A model generated the notes under the pieces. It was not told where the DNA came from and searched no databases. It worked only from the letters and a program-made list of their open reading frames with translations. The translations under genes and the position numbers were made by a program. Source: a virus (lineage: Duplodnaviria > Caudoviricetes). From it: DNA of 55,464 bases. Location of the stretch: IMG/VR virus record IMGVR_UViG_3300025806_000001, positions 1 through 55,464 of that record. The stretch is one strand, 5' to 3'. Positions 35,448-44,850 of the stretch are shown piece after piece; position 1 is the first letter of the stretch; each line of letters starts with the position of its first letter.

Positions 35448-35884
35448 TGGCTTTCACGGGAAATTTTCTGTGTACCTCTTTTAAAGTAGAGTTATTAAAA
35501 GGAGTGCATAACTTTACGGCGACAACAGGTAATACTTTTAATATCGCATTGTATGATAATAGTGCTTCGTTCACAGCAGCGACAACAGCGTATACTTCAG
35601 GCAATGAAATAAGTGGGACAAACTATTCAGCAAAGGGTCAGGCATTAGCCCCTGTAACTCCTGTGGCGAGTAGCACAACTGCACTTGTTGATTTTGCTGA
35701 TGAGGTGTTTAGCAACGTAACCATCTCTGCAGTACGAGGAGCTTTGATATTTAACGAAACAGCAACAGGCGACCCTGCGGTAGCTGTGTTAGATTTTGGT
35801 GCAGATAAAGCAGCAAGCTCTGGCGATTTTACAATAGTGTTTCCTACAGCTGATGCGAGTAATGCTATAATTAGGATAGCTTAA
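35447..35884 (+). CDS. Putative virion/tail protein
   Basis: CTSFK.ELL.G.HNF, RGALI.N, VLDFG.DK. Confidence 0.65.
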   Translation: MAFTGNFLCTSFKVELLKGVHNFTATTGNTFNIALYDNSASFTAATTAYTSGNEISGTNYSAKGQALAPVTPVASSTTALVDFADEVFSNVTISAVRGALIFNETATGDPAVAVLDFGADKAASSGDFTIVFPTADASNAIIRIA

Positions 35885-36510
35885 TGTCTGACATTATTGT
35901 TGCACTTCATGGGTGGAATAGTGTCACCAGAGGATGGAACGAAGGTGCGTGGAACTCAGAAGTCGCACTTCCTGGATCTACTGGTTCTGTAGGTGCAACT
36001 ACAGTTATTGCTAATTCAAACCTTTCGGTCACTGGACTTGCAGGTACAGGTGCGATTGATTCTGTTTCTATTACTGGTGATGCAAATGTTTCAGTTACAG
36101 GAGTCGCAGGTACTACTGCTCTAGGGAATACATTTGAGACAAATGTAGGAGTTAGTGCAACAGGGAGTGTTGGTTCTACTACAATTACTGGTGTTGCAAA
36201 TGTATCTGTTACTGGCGTTGCAGGAACGACTGCTTTAGGCAACGTATTTGAAACACAAATGGGTGTGTCAGGTACTACCGCTTTAGGCAATGTATTTGAG
36301 ACAAATGTAGGAGTGAGTGCTACTGCTTCGGTCAATAGTGCTGTAATAGATACAACATCAAGTGTTACTATTGAAGCTACAGGGTTTGGTTTGACTGCAT
36401 CTTTAGGGAACATTAAACCGATCTGGAGTCAACTTACACCTAGTCAGACTCCCAATTTTAGTGCAATATCACCAAGTCAGACCCCTTCTTGGATAGATAT
36501 AGCAGCATAA
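35884..36510 (+). CDS. Putative tail protein with internal repeats
   Basis: GW...W..GAW start; GTTALGN.FET x3. Confidence 0.6.
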   Translation: MSDIIVALHGWNSVTRGWNEGAWNSEVALPGSTGSVGATTVIANSNLSVTGLAGTGAIDSVSITGDANVSVTGVAGTTALGNTFETNVGVSATGSVGSTTITGVANVSVTGVAGTTALGNVFETQMGVSGTTALGNVFETNVGVSATASVNSAVIDTTSSVTIEATGFGLTASLGNIKPIWSQLTPSQTPNFSAISPSQTPSWIDIAA

Positions 36511-36521
36511 GGAGATAAAAT

Positions 36522-38558
36522 ATGGCAAGTGTATATACAAATGACTTACGATTAGAAGAAATTGGGTCAGGCGAACAGTCAGGAACGTGGGGAGATACAA
36601 CCAACACGAACCTCGAATTAATTGCAGAAGGCTTTAGTTTTGGCACAGAAGCTATAACGACTAATGCGGATACGCATACTTCTACCGTTGCAGATGGGGC
36701 TACAGACCCTGCTCGCTCTATGTATATTAAATATACAGGTACACTAGATTCTACTTGTACGATTACAATAGCTCCAAATACTTTATCTAGAATGCACTTT
36801 ATTGAAAACGGCACGAGCGGTTCTCAAGACATTATTATAAGCCAAGGTTCTGGTGCAAATGTAACGATCCCTCCAGGAGATGTTAAAGCTGTTTATTTAG
36901 ATGGTGCAGGAAGTGGTGCTGCTGTTGTAGATGCTTTTGCCTCGTTGAATATTGGGTCTTTTACATCTGGTGCGTCTACAATCACAACCGATGGTAACAC
37001 TGCACAGCTTACGCTTATCTCTACTGATGCTGATGCTAATGCAGGACCTACATTAAAACTTCGTAGAAATTCAGCTTCACCAGCAGATGATGATTTAATA
37101 GGTGCTATAGATTGGACTAGTGAAAACTCTTCTGGAGATGAACATGATTTTCTTAATCTTACAGCTAGAATGCGAGATGTTACAGCAGGGAGTGAAGATG
37201 TAGCGTATGCTTGGACAGCTTATTTAAATGGAACAGGCAGAGAAATACAGTCATTCGTAAATACTGATGCTAGTGCTGCTTCAATGGTATTTAACGAAGA
37301 CGCTCAAGACATAGACTTCCGTATTGAGTCTGACACAAAACCTAATGCTTTTTCCCTTAACGGTGCTACAGGTTCTGTTGGGTTTAATGTATTAGACGGT
37401 GACGTTACTAGCGATGGCACTGCCGCAAGAACCTATGTAGGTATCATTGGAACAGGCAACAGAGGTCGTTTAAATATTGGTTCAACTGCTGTAAATGGTG
37501 CGGACTCAGGCGTAATTAGTTTTGTAAATGGAGCTAATGAACTTGGCAACATAAATATGGAAACTAATTCTGGCGTTCAAAATGCTGGTAAAATGTACAT
37601 TTCCAGCACTGACCTTCTGACCATCAATAGTGCGGGAGGAGTTGTATTTAACGACAACAGTGCAAACGTAGACTTCCGTATTGAGTCTAACGGCAATGTT
37701 AATATGTTCCTTGTTGACGGTAGTGCTGATACGATAGGCATTGGCACAACTCAAATGAATGTAGTTGGCAACAACGCAGCAGGAATTAATCTTCTTGCTG
37801 ATGGAATGGTAGGTATAAGTCGTGCAGGTATGCCTTTAAAAATAAACAGAACAGCGGAAGGGGGTATGATAGAGCTTTATGAGGCAGGAACTTCCAGAGG
37901 TCAAATTGATATAGAATCAGATAGAATTTTAGTAAGAAGCGGAGGCGATGCTTCTGGTATTCGGTTTGACGCATCGGGTCTTACACCATTTAAGAACGGT
38001 TCGGCTGCGGATGGTACAGTTGACTTAGGTTTTGCAAGTGGTCAATTCAGAGACATTTATCTATCAAACGGTGTAGTCTTTGGTGCTGCTGGTGGTGCAA
38101 ATGTTTCTAGTGAGACTTTAAGTGACTATGAAGAGGGTGTTTTCACTCCTGCTCTAAGAGATGCCCTCGCTGGAACAGCAGCAGGAACAAGTTCAACTTC
38201 TGGCAGATACACCAAAATTGGTCGTGTGGTTAATTTTTCTTTTGCTATGTCTTTAAGCAGCACCAGTGGAATGACAGCAACAAATTCCTTAAATCTTACT
38301 GGACTGCCTTACACTGTAAATAATGATAGTGCAGGAGGTGGTGAACCTCACGCACAGATTTTATCTTTTATAAGTCCTTTAAGCAGTGCAGATTATGGCG
38401 GTAGTATAATTCTTAGACCCAACAATAATACCACTTCTTGTGAAATAAAATACACTTCAGGAGGGGCGCAAACAACTCAAGGAGGTCAAAGTCTTCAAGT
38501 TCAAAATATTAGCGGTAGCACTTATTTAACTGGTTCAGCTACATACGAAACAACTTAA
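36522..38558 (+). CDS. Tail fibre / receptor-binding protein
   Basis: GEQSGTWGDTTNTNL N-terminus, repeated VFN....DFRIES, DYEEGVFTP...GRYTKIGRVV C-terminal domain. Confidence 0.8.
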   Translation: MASVYTNDLRLEEIGSGEQSGTWGDTTNTNLELIAEGFSFGTEAITTNADTHTSTVADGATDPARSMYIKYTGTLDSTCTITIAPNTLSRMHFIENGTSGSQDIIISQGSGANVTIPPGDVKAVYLDGAGSGAAVVDAFASLNIGSFTSGASTITTDGNTAQLTLISTDADANAGPTLKLRRNSASPADDDLIGAIDWTSENSSGDEHDFLNLTARMRDVTAGSEDVAYAWTAYLNGTGREIQSFVNTDASAASMVFNEDAQDIDFRIESDTKPNAFSLNGATGSVGFNVLDGDVTSDGTAARTYVGIIGTGNRGRLNIGSTAVNGADSGVISFVNGANELGNINMETNSGVQNAGKMYISSTDLLTINSAGGVVFNDNSANVDFRIESNGNVNMFLVDGSADTIGIGTTQMNVVGNNAAGINLLADGMVGISRAGMPLKINRTAEGGMIELYEAGTSRGQIDIESDRILVRSGGDASGIRFDASGLTPFKNGSAADGTVDLGFASGQFRDIYLSNGVVFGAAGGANVSSETLSDYEEGVFTPALRDALAGTAAGTSSTSGRYTKIGRVVNFSFAMSLSSTSGMTATNSLNLTGLPYTVNNDSAGGGEPHAQILSFISPLSSADYGGSIILRPNNNTTSCEIKYTSGGAQTTQGGQSLQVQNISGSTYLTGSATYETT

Positions 38559-38609
38559 TTATCTGTAGTGGATTCTACAGACAGACAGTCCAAACCATAG
38601 GAGATAAAA

Positions 38610-39008
38610 ATGGCAAATGGCGATATAACAAAAGAAATGGAATACGACAAAATAGAAGTTGTAAGCACTTGGCACATACAAGTGCGTAAGGCTACAAAGA
38701 TCATGGAAGAAGAGGCAGACGGTTCTAAGACAGAGCTTAGTCGTAGTTTTCACAGACACGTTCTTGCTCCATTTGCTTCAGAATACACACCAGCAGTAAT
38801 TGCTGTTGAGGCTGTAACTGAAGAAAAAGACAGCGATGGTAATGTTACCAGAGAGGCTGTTGAGGCAGTAGAAGCAGCCGATGCTTTTTGGACGCATACA
38901 GCTACAGACATTTCGGGTGAACACGCAAGTGTGCAAGCAATAGCTAATGCTGCTTGGACAGACGATGTTAAAAACGCATACAAAGCAATGCGTGAAACAC
39001 AAGGATAA
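38610..39008 (+). CDS. Tail-fibre-associated protein
   Basis: DKIEVV..IQVR.AT..ELSRSFHRHVL..VQAIANAAWT. Confidence 0.6.
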   Translation: MANGDITKEMEYDKIEVVSTWHIQVRKATKIMEEEADGSKTELSRSFHRHVLAPFASEYTPAVIAVEAVTEEKDSDGNVTREAVEAVEAADAFWTHTATDISGEHASVQAIANAAWTDDVKNAYKAMRETQG

Positions 39009-39012
39009 TAAA

Positions 39013-39237
39013 ATGACTGATGAAAATGTATTAAGTATTGATGGCAAAGGCTATGTTGAAGCTGATCTTAACAATCAACAAAAGTATCTAATCGCACAGT
39101 TAAAAGACTTGTCTGGTAAAACTAACAAGTTACGAGCTGATTTAGATCAAGTTCAACGAGCAGCAGATAGCTTCCAAAAAGAACTTCTAGAGTCGTTTAA
39201 AAAGAACGCTGAAGAAGTTTCTGCAGAGGCTAGTTAA
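39013..39237 (+). CDS. Small coiled-coil protein
   Basis: SIDGK.Y...DL..QQ; start moved to 39013. Confidence 0.6.
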   Translation: MTDENVLSIDGKGYVEADLNNQQKYLIAQLKDLSGKTNKLRADLDQVQRAADSFQKELLESFKKNAEEVSAEAS

Positions 39238-39259
39238 ACAACGGAATTAAAGGATTGAG

Positions 39260-41182
39260 ATGCCTCTTACTAAGTTACAATTTCGTCCTGGAATAAACAG
39301 AGAAACAACTTCCTATAGCAATGAGGGCGGTTGGTTTGATATGGATAAAACTCGGTTTAGATTTGGTTTTCCCGAAAAAATAGGCGGTTGGATTAAACAA
39401 TCTATTAATGCCTATTTAGGAACGGCTCGTTCTTTACATCCTTGGGTAGCACTAGACGGTAGTCAATATCTGGGTGTAGGAACACATCTTAAGTATTATA
39501 TTAATGAAGGTGGTGCTTATAATGATATTACACCTATAAGAGCAACCACAACAAATGGAATTGTTTTTGCAGCCACAAACGGATCTTCTACTATAACAGC
39601 TACTGATGATAATCATGGGGCAGCTATTGGTGACTTTGTAACTATTTCAGAGGCTGTCAGCCTTGGTGGTTTGATTACTGCAGATGTATTAAACCAAGAA
39701 TATGAGATTGTTGCCATACCTACTGTGAATACGTTCACGTTTGTAGCTCGTACCGTTTCTAGTATTAGTAGTATAACCACAACTTCAGGATTAAATCCAA
39801 CACCTGTTGTGGCAAATTCAAGTGATACTGGTAATGGTGGGTCAGGTGCTGACGCAGCATATCAAACTACTATAGGTTTAGATACCTCACTTACAGGTAA
39901 TGGTTGGAGTGCAGGAACATGGAGTCGTGGTACTTGGGGTTCTTCTTCAAGTCAATCTGTTGCAGGAGCTACGCTACGCATATGGAGTCATGATAATTTT
40001 GGTGAAGACCTTATAATAAATGCTCGCGACTCTGGTATATTTTATTGGGATAAATCTAACGGAGTAACTGCTAGAGCAGTAGAGCTTTCTAGTTTAGCTA
40101 ACTCAAATTTAGCCCCTACTATTGCTAAGAAAGTTTTAGTTTCTGATGCAGATAGACATATCATAGCTTTTGGTTGTGACCCTGAAACTGCTATAGGTAC
40201 GCAAGACCCCTTGCTTATAAGGTTTAGTTCGCAAGAAAGTTTAACTGATTGGCAGAGTTTAGCTACAAATACGGCAGGTGAGTTAAGGATTGGTTCGGGT
40301 AGTGAGATTATAGCTGCGATAGAAACACGTCAACAAGTATTAGTTTTTACAGATAAATCGCTCCATGCCATGCAGTTTATAGGACCTCCTTTCACATTCG
40401 GTATTAACGCAATTTCAGAAAATATAACTATTGCAGGACCTCTTGCAGCTATAGCCGTTGAAGATATGGTATTCTGGATGGGACAACAAGAGTTTTACGT
40501 TTACAGTGGGGGAGTGCAAAGATTACCCTGTACTGTTCGTGACTATATATTTAATGATTTTAACGAAAAACAAATTGAAAAAGTAACAGCCTCAACCAAT
40601 AATGCGTTTTCTGAAGTATGGTGGTTTTACCCGAGTGCAGCCAGTAGTGAAAACGATAAGTACGTTATTTACAATTATCAACAAAAAGTTTGGTACTATG
40701 GCAATTTAGCTAGAACTGTTTGGTTAGATAGAGGTATAGAAAGTTTACCTATAGCAGCAGGAACAGATCATTTTTTATATTCGCATGAAAGTGGTTTTGA
40801 TGATGGTAGCACTACTCCTGTTTCAGCCATATCTGCGTATATTGAATCGAGCCAGTTTGATATGGGTGATGGGGATAATTTCACATTCATCAACAGGTTA
40901 ATACCCGATTTAACCTTTAGGGATTCAACCTCTGGTTCGCCTAAAGCTACTTTTACATTGAAAACACGGAACTTTCCTGGAGGAGATTATTTACAATCTG
41001 ACGCTAAACCAGTAACACAATCTTCCGCAGGATCAACAACAGTTGTAGAACAATTTACAAATCAAGTAAATGTACGCTTAAGAGGTAGATCATTTGCACT
41101 GCGAGTTGATTCAGGGGAAACAGGCGTAGCATGGAGATTAGGTTCTCCCAGAGTAGATGTTAAGCCAGATGGAAGAAGATAA
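39260..41182 (+). CDS. Putative tail nozzle / DNA-stabilisation protein (P22 gp10 or T7 gp12-like role)
   Basis: Large beta-rich protein, IRFSSQE, WRLG.PR.D..PDGRR end; precedes ejection genes. Confidence 0.6.
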   Translation: MPLTKLQFRPGINRETTSYSNEGGWFDMDKTRFRFGFPEKIGGWIKQSINAYLGTARSLHPWVALDGSQYLGVGTHLKYYINEGGAYNDITPIRATTTNGIVFAATNGSSTITATDDNHGAAIGDFVTISEAVSLGGLITADVLNQEYEIVAIPTVNTFTFVARTVSSISSITTTSGLNPTPVVANSSDTGNGGSGADAAYQTTIGLDTSLTGNGWSAGTWSRGTWGSSSSQSVAGATLRIWSHDNFGEDLIINARDSGIFYWDKSNGVTARAVELSSLANSNLAPTIAKKVLVSDADRHIIAFGCDPETAIGTQDPLLIRFSSQESLTDWQSLATNTAGELRIGSGSEIIAAIETRQQVLVFTDKSLHAMQFIGPPFTFGINAISENITIAGPLAAIAVEDMVFWMGQQEFYVYSGGVQRLPCTVRDYIFNDFNEKQIEKVTASTNNAFSEVWWFYPSAASSENDKYVIYNYQQKVWYYGNLARTVWLDRGIESLPIAAGTDHFLYSHESGFDDGSTTPVSAISAYIESSQFDMGDGDNFTFINRLIPDLTFRDSTSGSPKATFTLKTRNFPGGDYLQSDAKPVTQSSAGSTTVVEQFTNQVNVRLRGRSFALRVDSGETGVAWRLGSPRVDVKPDGRR

Positions 41183-41481
41183 TGTCAAGAAATTTAGTCC
41201 TACCGTTTTTTCCTGTACCGCCAGAACAGTACGACCAACAGTATATGACAGAAGTTATGAGGGCTTTTTCTATTTATTTAACACAAATGCAAAATCCAGG
41301 AGAAGGTAGACATACAGAATTGGTTCTTACAAACGTACAAACAGATGACCAAGGGTTAGAAGTAGGAGCAATATTTAAATCTGAAACAACAGGAAATTTA
41401 AAAATAGCAGTAGCAGATATTTCTAATCTCCGAGGAAACTCTGCAACAAGTTCGGTAGGAAGTGTTACGGTGACTGTTTGA
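41182..41481 (+). CDS. Hypothetical virion protein
   Basis: TAATG-coupled ORF. Confidence 0.6.
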   Translation: MSRNLVLPFFPVPPEQYDQQYMTEVMRAFSIYLTQMQNPGEGRHTELVLTNVQTDDQGLEVGAIFKSETTGNLKIAVADISNLRGNSATSSVGSVTVTV

Positions 41482-41504
41482 TTATTATTAAAGAAATATG
41501 TAGG

Positions 41505-41533
41505 TTGCGATATTATGCAGTTGACGCTATTAT
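41505..41533 (+). promoter_or_regulatory. Putative sigma70 promoter for the ejection-protein operon
   Basis: TTGCGA-N17-TATTAT. Confidence 0.45.
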
Positions 41534-41600
41534 AAGTTCAGCGTCTATTCAGGAACTAACGCTTCCTGCATATTTCCCCCAAGAAAGACATAGGTGAAAA

Positions 41601-43367
41601 ATGCAAGGTATAGAGACATTAGGTTATGAAGTTGTAGAAATTAATCCTGTAGAGGCACTGTTCTCAGAAGGAGGAATAGCACAACACCAACAAGCAGCAG
41701 AAATGTTAGCTGATTTTGGACGTAATGGTGATACCTACATAGTTCATGCTGCTGAAGGCGAAACTGTTTTACCTTTAGAAGTGTTAGAAAATAACCCACG
41801 ACTTAAAAATATGATCTATACCCAAATGGAAGAAATGGGTTTAGAGCCAGAGCGTTATATTGTTGGTAATGAGTTAAACTCTTTGAATCCAGAAACAGGA
41901 CAACCTGAATTCTTTTTCAAAGGTCTTAAGAGACTTGTGAAAAAAGTTGTTAATGTTGTTAAAAAAGTAGCTCCAGTCGTATTAGCTATTGCAGCTCCTA
42001 TCTTGCTTCCTGCGATGCCTGTTGCTTTAGCAGCAGGATTAGGCAGTACCGCAGGTAACTTGATTCAAGGTAAAAGTTTAAGTGATTCATTAAAATCAGG
42101 GGTAGTAACAGGTCTTACCGCAGGTGCAGGTAATATGATTTCAGGGGGCAGTTTTTTAGGCTCTAGTATTGATCCTGGAAATGTAGCAGGAGTGCAAAAG
42201 CTAGGCACTATGTTTACACCTGATAATCCGTTTACTTCAGAAATTGCTGCAAACCTTACAGGAGTTGGTGCTCAGGTAACACAGGCAGGAGGTCAAGTAG
42301 GCAGTGGGGTTTTAGAGCAAGAATTTATAGCTGATACTGCTACAGGTACAGGTGTTAATACTGGTGTAGAAACTGGTGTAGAAACTGGTGTAGAAACTGG
42401 TGTAGAAACTGGTGTAGAAACTGGTGTAGAAACTGGTGTAGAAACTGGCGTAACTGAAATTATTCCTGAAGTAGTTCAACCTAAAACATTTATAGACGGT
42501 TTGAAGTCTGCCTTTACTCCAGGAGATGATTATGGGTTTGGAGATTTTTGGTCAGAGTTTTTAAGTCCAGGACGTGAAAGCATATCAGCAGCAGCTCAAG
42601 AAGGTTATAAAACTGATTTAGCTAATTTCAAACAAATGTATCCTGGAGCAGACGCAGGTCAATATACAACCTTCATAAATAGTCTTGATGCTAAATACGC
42701 TCCTGGAATATTCGACAAATTTGGTGCTGCTGTTGGCACTGGTTTAGTAGGGGGTTTAGCGAGTGATACTATACTAGGCACAAATATTATTACTCCACCA
42801 GAAGAAGAAGTTTATGATTTAGCAGGAGCTCAAAACGCAGGAGCTGATTTGTTAGCTGCTGATCCACAAACATATGGCATTGACGATAGTTATTTAGGTG
42901 GTAATCCTTATTACGAAACGGTCACAAATATGCCTGTTACAACAGCAGTTAATCCTGGATTTACATCCCCTGTTGCTCCAGAAGTTGCTCCTGTAGAAAC
43001 AGGAATACAAACAGTAGCAACAGATATTCCTGGAGCAGTGGTTGCTAACCCTAATGCTTCTAATCAGTATGCAGGAATGTTAAGTGGCGATTATTTCTCA
43101 CAAACACCATATAGCAATATTAATTATTTCCAACCCCCTGTTCCTAGTCCAAATGTTGGTATAAACCCACCACCTATATATAGCTTTGCTTCTGGTGGAG
43201 AAATCATGGGTCCTGGAACACCGACCAGTGATTCAGTACCTGCAATGTTAAGTGACGGTGAATTTGTTATGAATGCTCGTGCTGTAAGAGGAGCAGGAGG
43301 TGGCGACCGCCAACAAGGTGCTAAACGAATGTACGAGATGATGCGTTCTTTCGAGAGGACTGCATAA
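41601..43367 (+). CDS. Putative internal virion / DNA ejection protein
   Basis: GRNGDT..VH, NPETGQPEFF, Gly/Ala hydrophobic stretch, GPGT.TSDS.PAMLSDGEFV. Confidence 0.65.
   Translation: MQGIETLGYEVVEINPVEALFSEGGIAQHQQAAEMLADFGRNGDTYIVHAAEGETVLPLEVLENNPRLKNMIYTQMEEMGLEPERYIVGNELNSLNPETGQPEFFFKGLKRLVKKVVNVVKKVAPVVLAIAAPILLPAMPVALAAGLGSTAGNLIQGKSLSDSLKSGVVTGLTAGAGNMISGGSFLGSSIDPGNVAGVQKLGTMFTPDNPFTSEIAANLTGVGAQVTQAGGQVGSGVLEQEFIADTATGTGVNTGVETGVETGVETGVETGVETGVETGVETGVTEIIPEVVQPKTFIDGLKSAFTPGDDYGFGDFWSEFLSPGRESISAAAQEGYKTDLANFKQMYPGADAGQYTTFINSLDAKYAPGIFDKFGAAVGTGLVGGLASDTILGTNIITPPEEEVYDLAGAQNAGADLLAADPQTYGIDDSYLGGNPYYETVTNMPVTTAVNPGFTSPVAPEVAPVETGIQTVATDIPGAVVANPNASNQYAGMLSGDYFSQTPYSNINYFQPPVPSPNVGINPPPIYSFASGGEIMGPGTPTSDSVPAMLSDGEFVMNARAVRGAGGGDRQQGAKRMYEMMRSFERTA
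42360..42443 (+). repeat. Coding tandem repeat (ACTGGTGTAGAA)x7
   Basis: Seven perfect 12-mers encoding TGVE. Confidence 0.95.
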
Positions 43368-43368
43368 T

Positions 43369-44850
43369 ATGACCACAACCACAAACATTGTCCAACAACA
43401 AGAATCTCCCGCTATTGAGGCATACAAATTAGGCTTAATGGGTACAGCCCAAGAGCTTATTGAAAAGCCAATAACACTTCCTTCACCTACGGCTGTTGGT
43501 GCAGACCCAATGACGCAACAAGCCCAACAACTTGCGACGCAAGGTGTAGGGACGTTTCAACCATTCATAACTTCAGGTAGCCAGTTTGTTACAGATGCAG
43601 GGGTACAAGCCCAACTTGCAAATCAGATAGCAGCAGGGATCCCACAAAATTACGTTCCTGCTCAACAAGAAGCTATGCAAGGAACAGCTCTTGGAGCTCA
43701 AATGGGGCAACAAGCAGCAGCAGGAGGAATGCAAGCTATACAAGATCAATTAGCTGCAAGCAATCCTTATCTTACAAGTTCAGTGGGCAATGTAAACCAA
43801 GCAGCGATAGATGCACAAAATCAAGCTTTATACGCACAAGGCATGATAGGACAAGCAGGTCAGTTTGGAATGGACTCTGCTGCACTTGGTCAAGCAGGTT
43901 TACTAGGTACAGCAGCTCAATACGACCCTGCTTCCGCACAAGCATTTATGAATCCTTACGAAACTCAAGTTGTTGATCAAGCATTAGCAGATATACAAAG
44001 AGCAGGTAATATTCAAGGTCAAGCAGATGCAGCTCGAGCAGTTGGTGCAGGAGCATTTGGCGGTTCTCGTTCAGGAATTGTAGATTCTGAGCGTGGCAGA
44101 AATATACTAGAGCAACAAGCTAAAACAGCAGCAGGTCTACGAGCTCAGGGTTATGGGCAAGCAATACAACAATCCATGGGTGCTCAAGAATCAGCGTTAC
44201 AAAGGCAGCAACGAGCAGCAGGTTTGCTAGGTCAATTAGGTCAAGCAGGAGCAGGAACTGGTTTGCAAGCAGGACAAGCTACAGGTCAATTAGGACAACA
44301 GGCTTCACAACAAGCATTACAAGCAGGACAAATAGGTGGTCAATTAGGGGCTCAATATGGACAAATGGGGCTTGCAGGACAAGAAACTGCTGCTAAATTA
44401 GGACTTATGGGTGCTGATATGACTGGTCAGGCAGCAGGTCAATTGGGACAACTTGCTTTACAAAGAGCTCAATTAGGTCAGCAAGCAGTGGGGCAAGCAC
44501 AAGATAGTGCGAAAACATTGGCTATGCTAGGACAAACATCAGCAGGGTTAGGTCAACTAGGTCAACAAATGCAAATGACAGATGTAGATGCTCTTGCTAA
44601 ACTAGGAGCTCAACAACAAGTTCTTGACCAAGGAGCAGCTGACCAACAACAACAATTTGAATTACAACAAATTTATCAACCTTATCAAAAACTTGGTTTT
44701 TACAGTGATATTTTACAAGGAGCACCATCTACCTCTATGTCCGTTTCTCAAAACACAGCCCCCAAAGCTTCTATGTTAAATCAGATAGTTGGTGCAGGAA
44801 TCGGTGGGTTAGGCATAGCAAACGCAGCTCAAAACGTAGGGATAATATAA
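43369..44850 (+). CDS. Putative DNA ejection/pilot protein
   Basis: Q/G/A-rich, FMNPY..QV, AGAFGGSR. Confidence 0.65.
   Translation: MTTTTNIVQQQESPAIEAYKLGLMGTAQELIEKPITLPSPTAVGADPMTQQAQQLATQGVGTFQPFITSGSQFVTDAGVQAQLANQIAAGIPQNYVPAQQEAMQGTALGAQMGQQAAAGGMQAIQDQLAASNPYLTSSVGNVNQAAIDAQNQALYAQGMIGQAGQFGMDSAALGQAGLLGTAAQYDPASAQAFMNPYETQVVDQALADIQRAGNIQGQADAARAVGAGAFGGSRSGIVDSERGRNILEQQAKTAAGLRAQGYGQAIQQSMGAQESALQRQQRAAGLLGQLGQAGAGTGLQAGQATGQLGQQASQQALQAGQIGGQLGAQYGQMGLAGQETAAKLGLMGADMTGQAAGQLGQLALQRAQLGQQAVGQAQDSAKTLAMLGQTSAGLGQLGQQMQMTDVDALAKLGAQQQVLDQGAADQQQQFELQQIYQPYQKLGFYSDILQGAPSTSMSVSQNTAPKASMLNQIVGAGIGGLGIANAAQNVGII

Noticed and set aside
41540-41568. H-type pseudoknot upstream of the ejection genes
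   Set aside because: It would need a zero-length loop 3 and only 5-bp stems; at most a simple CAGGAA/TTCCTG hairpin
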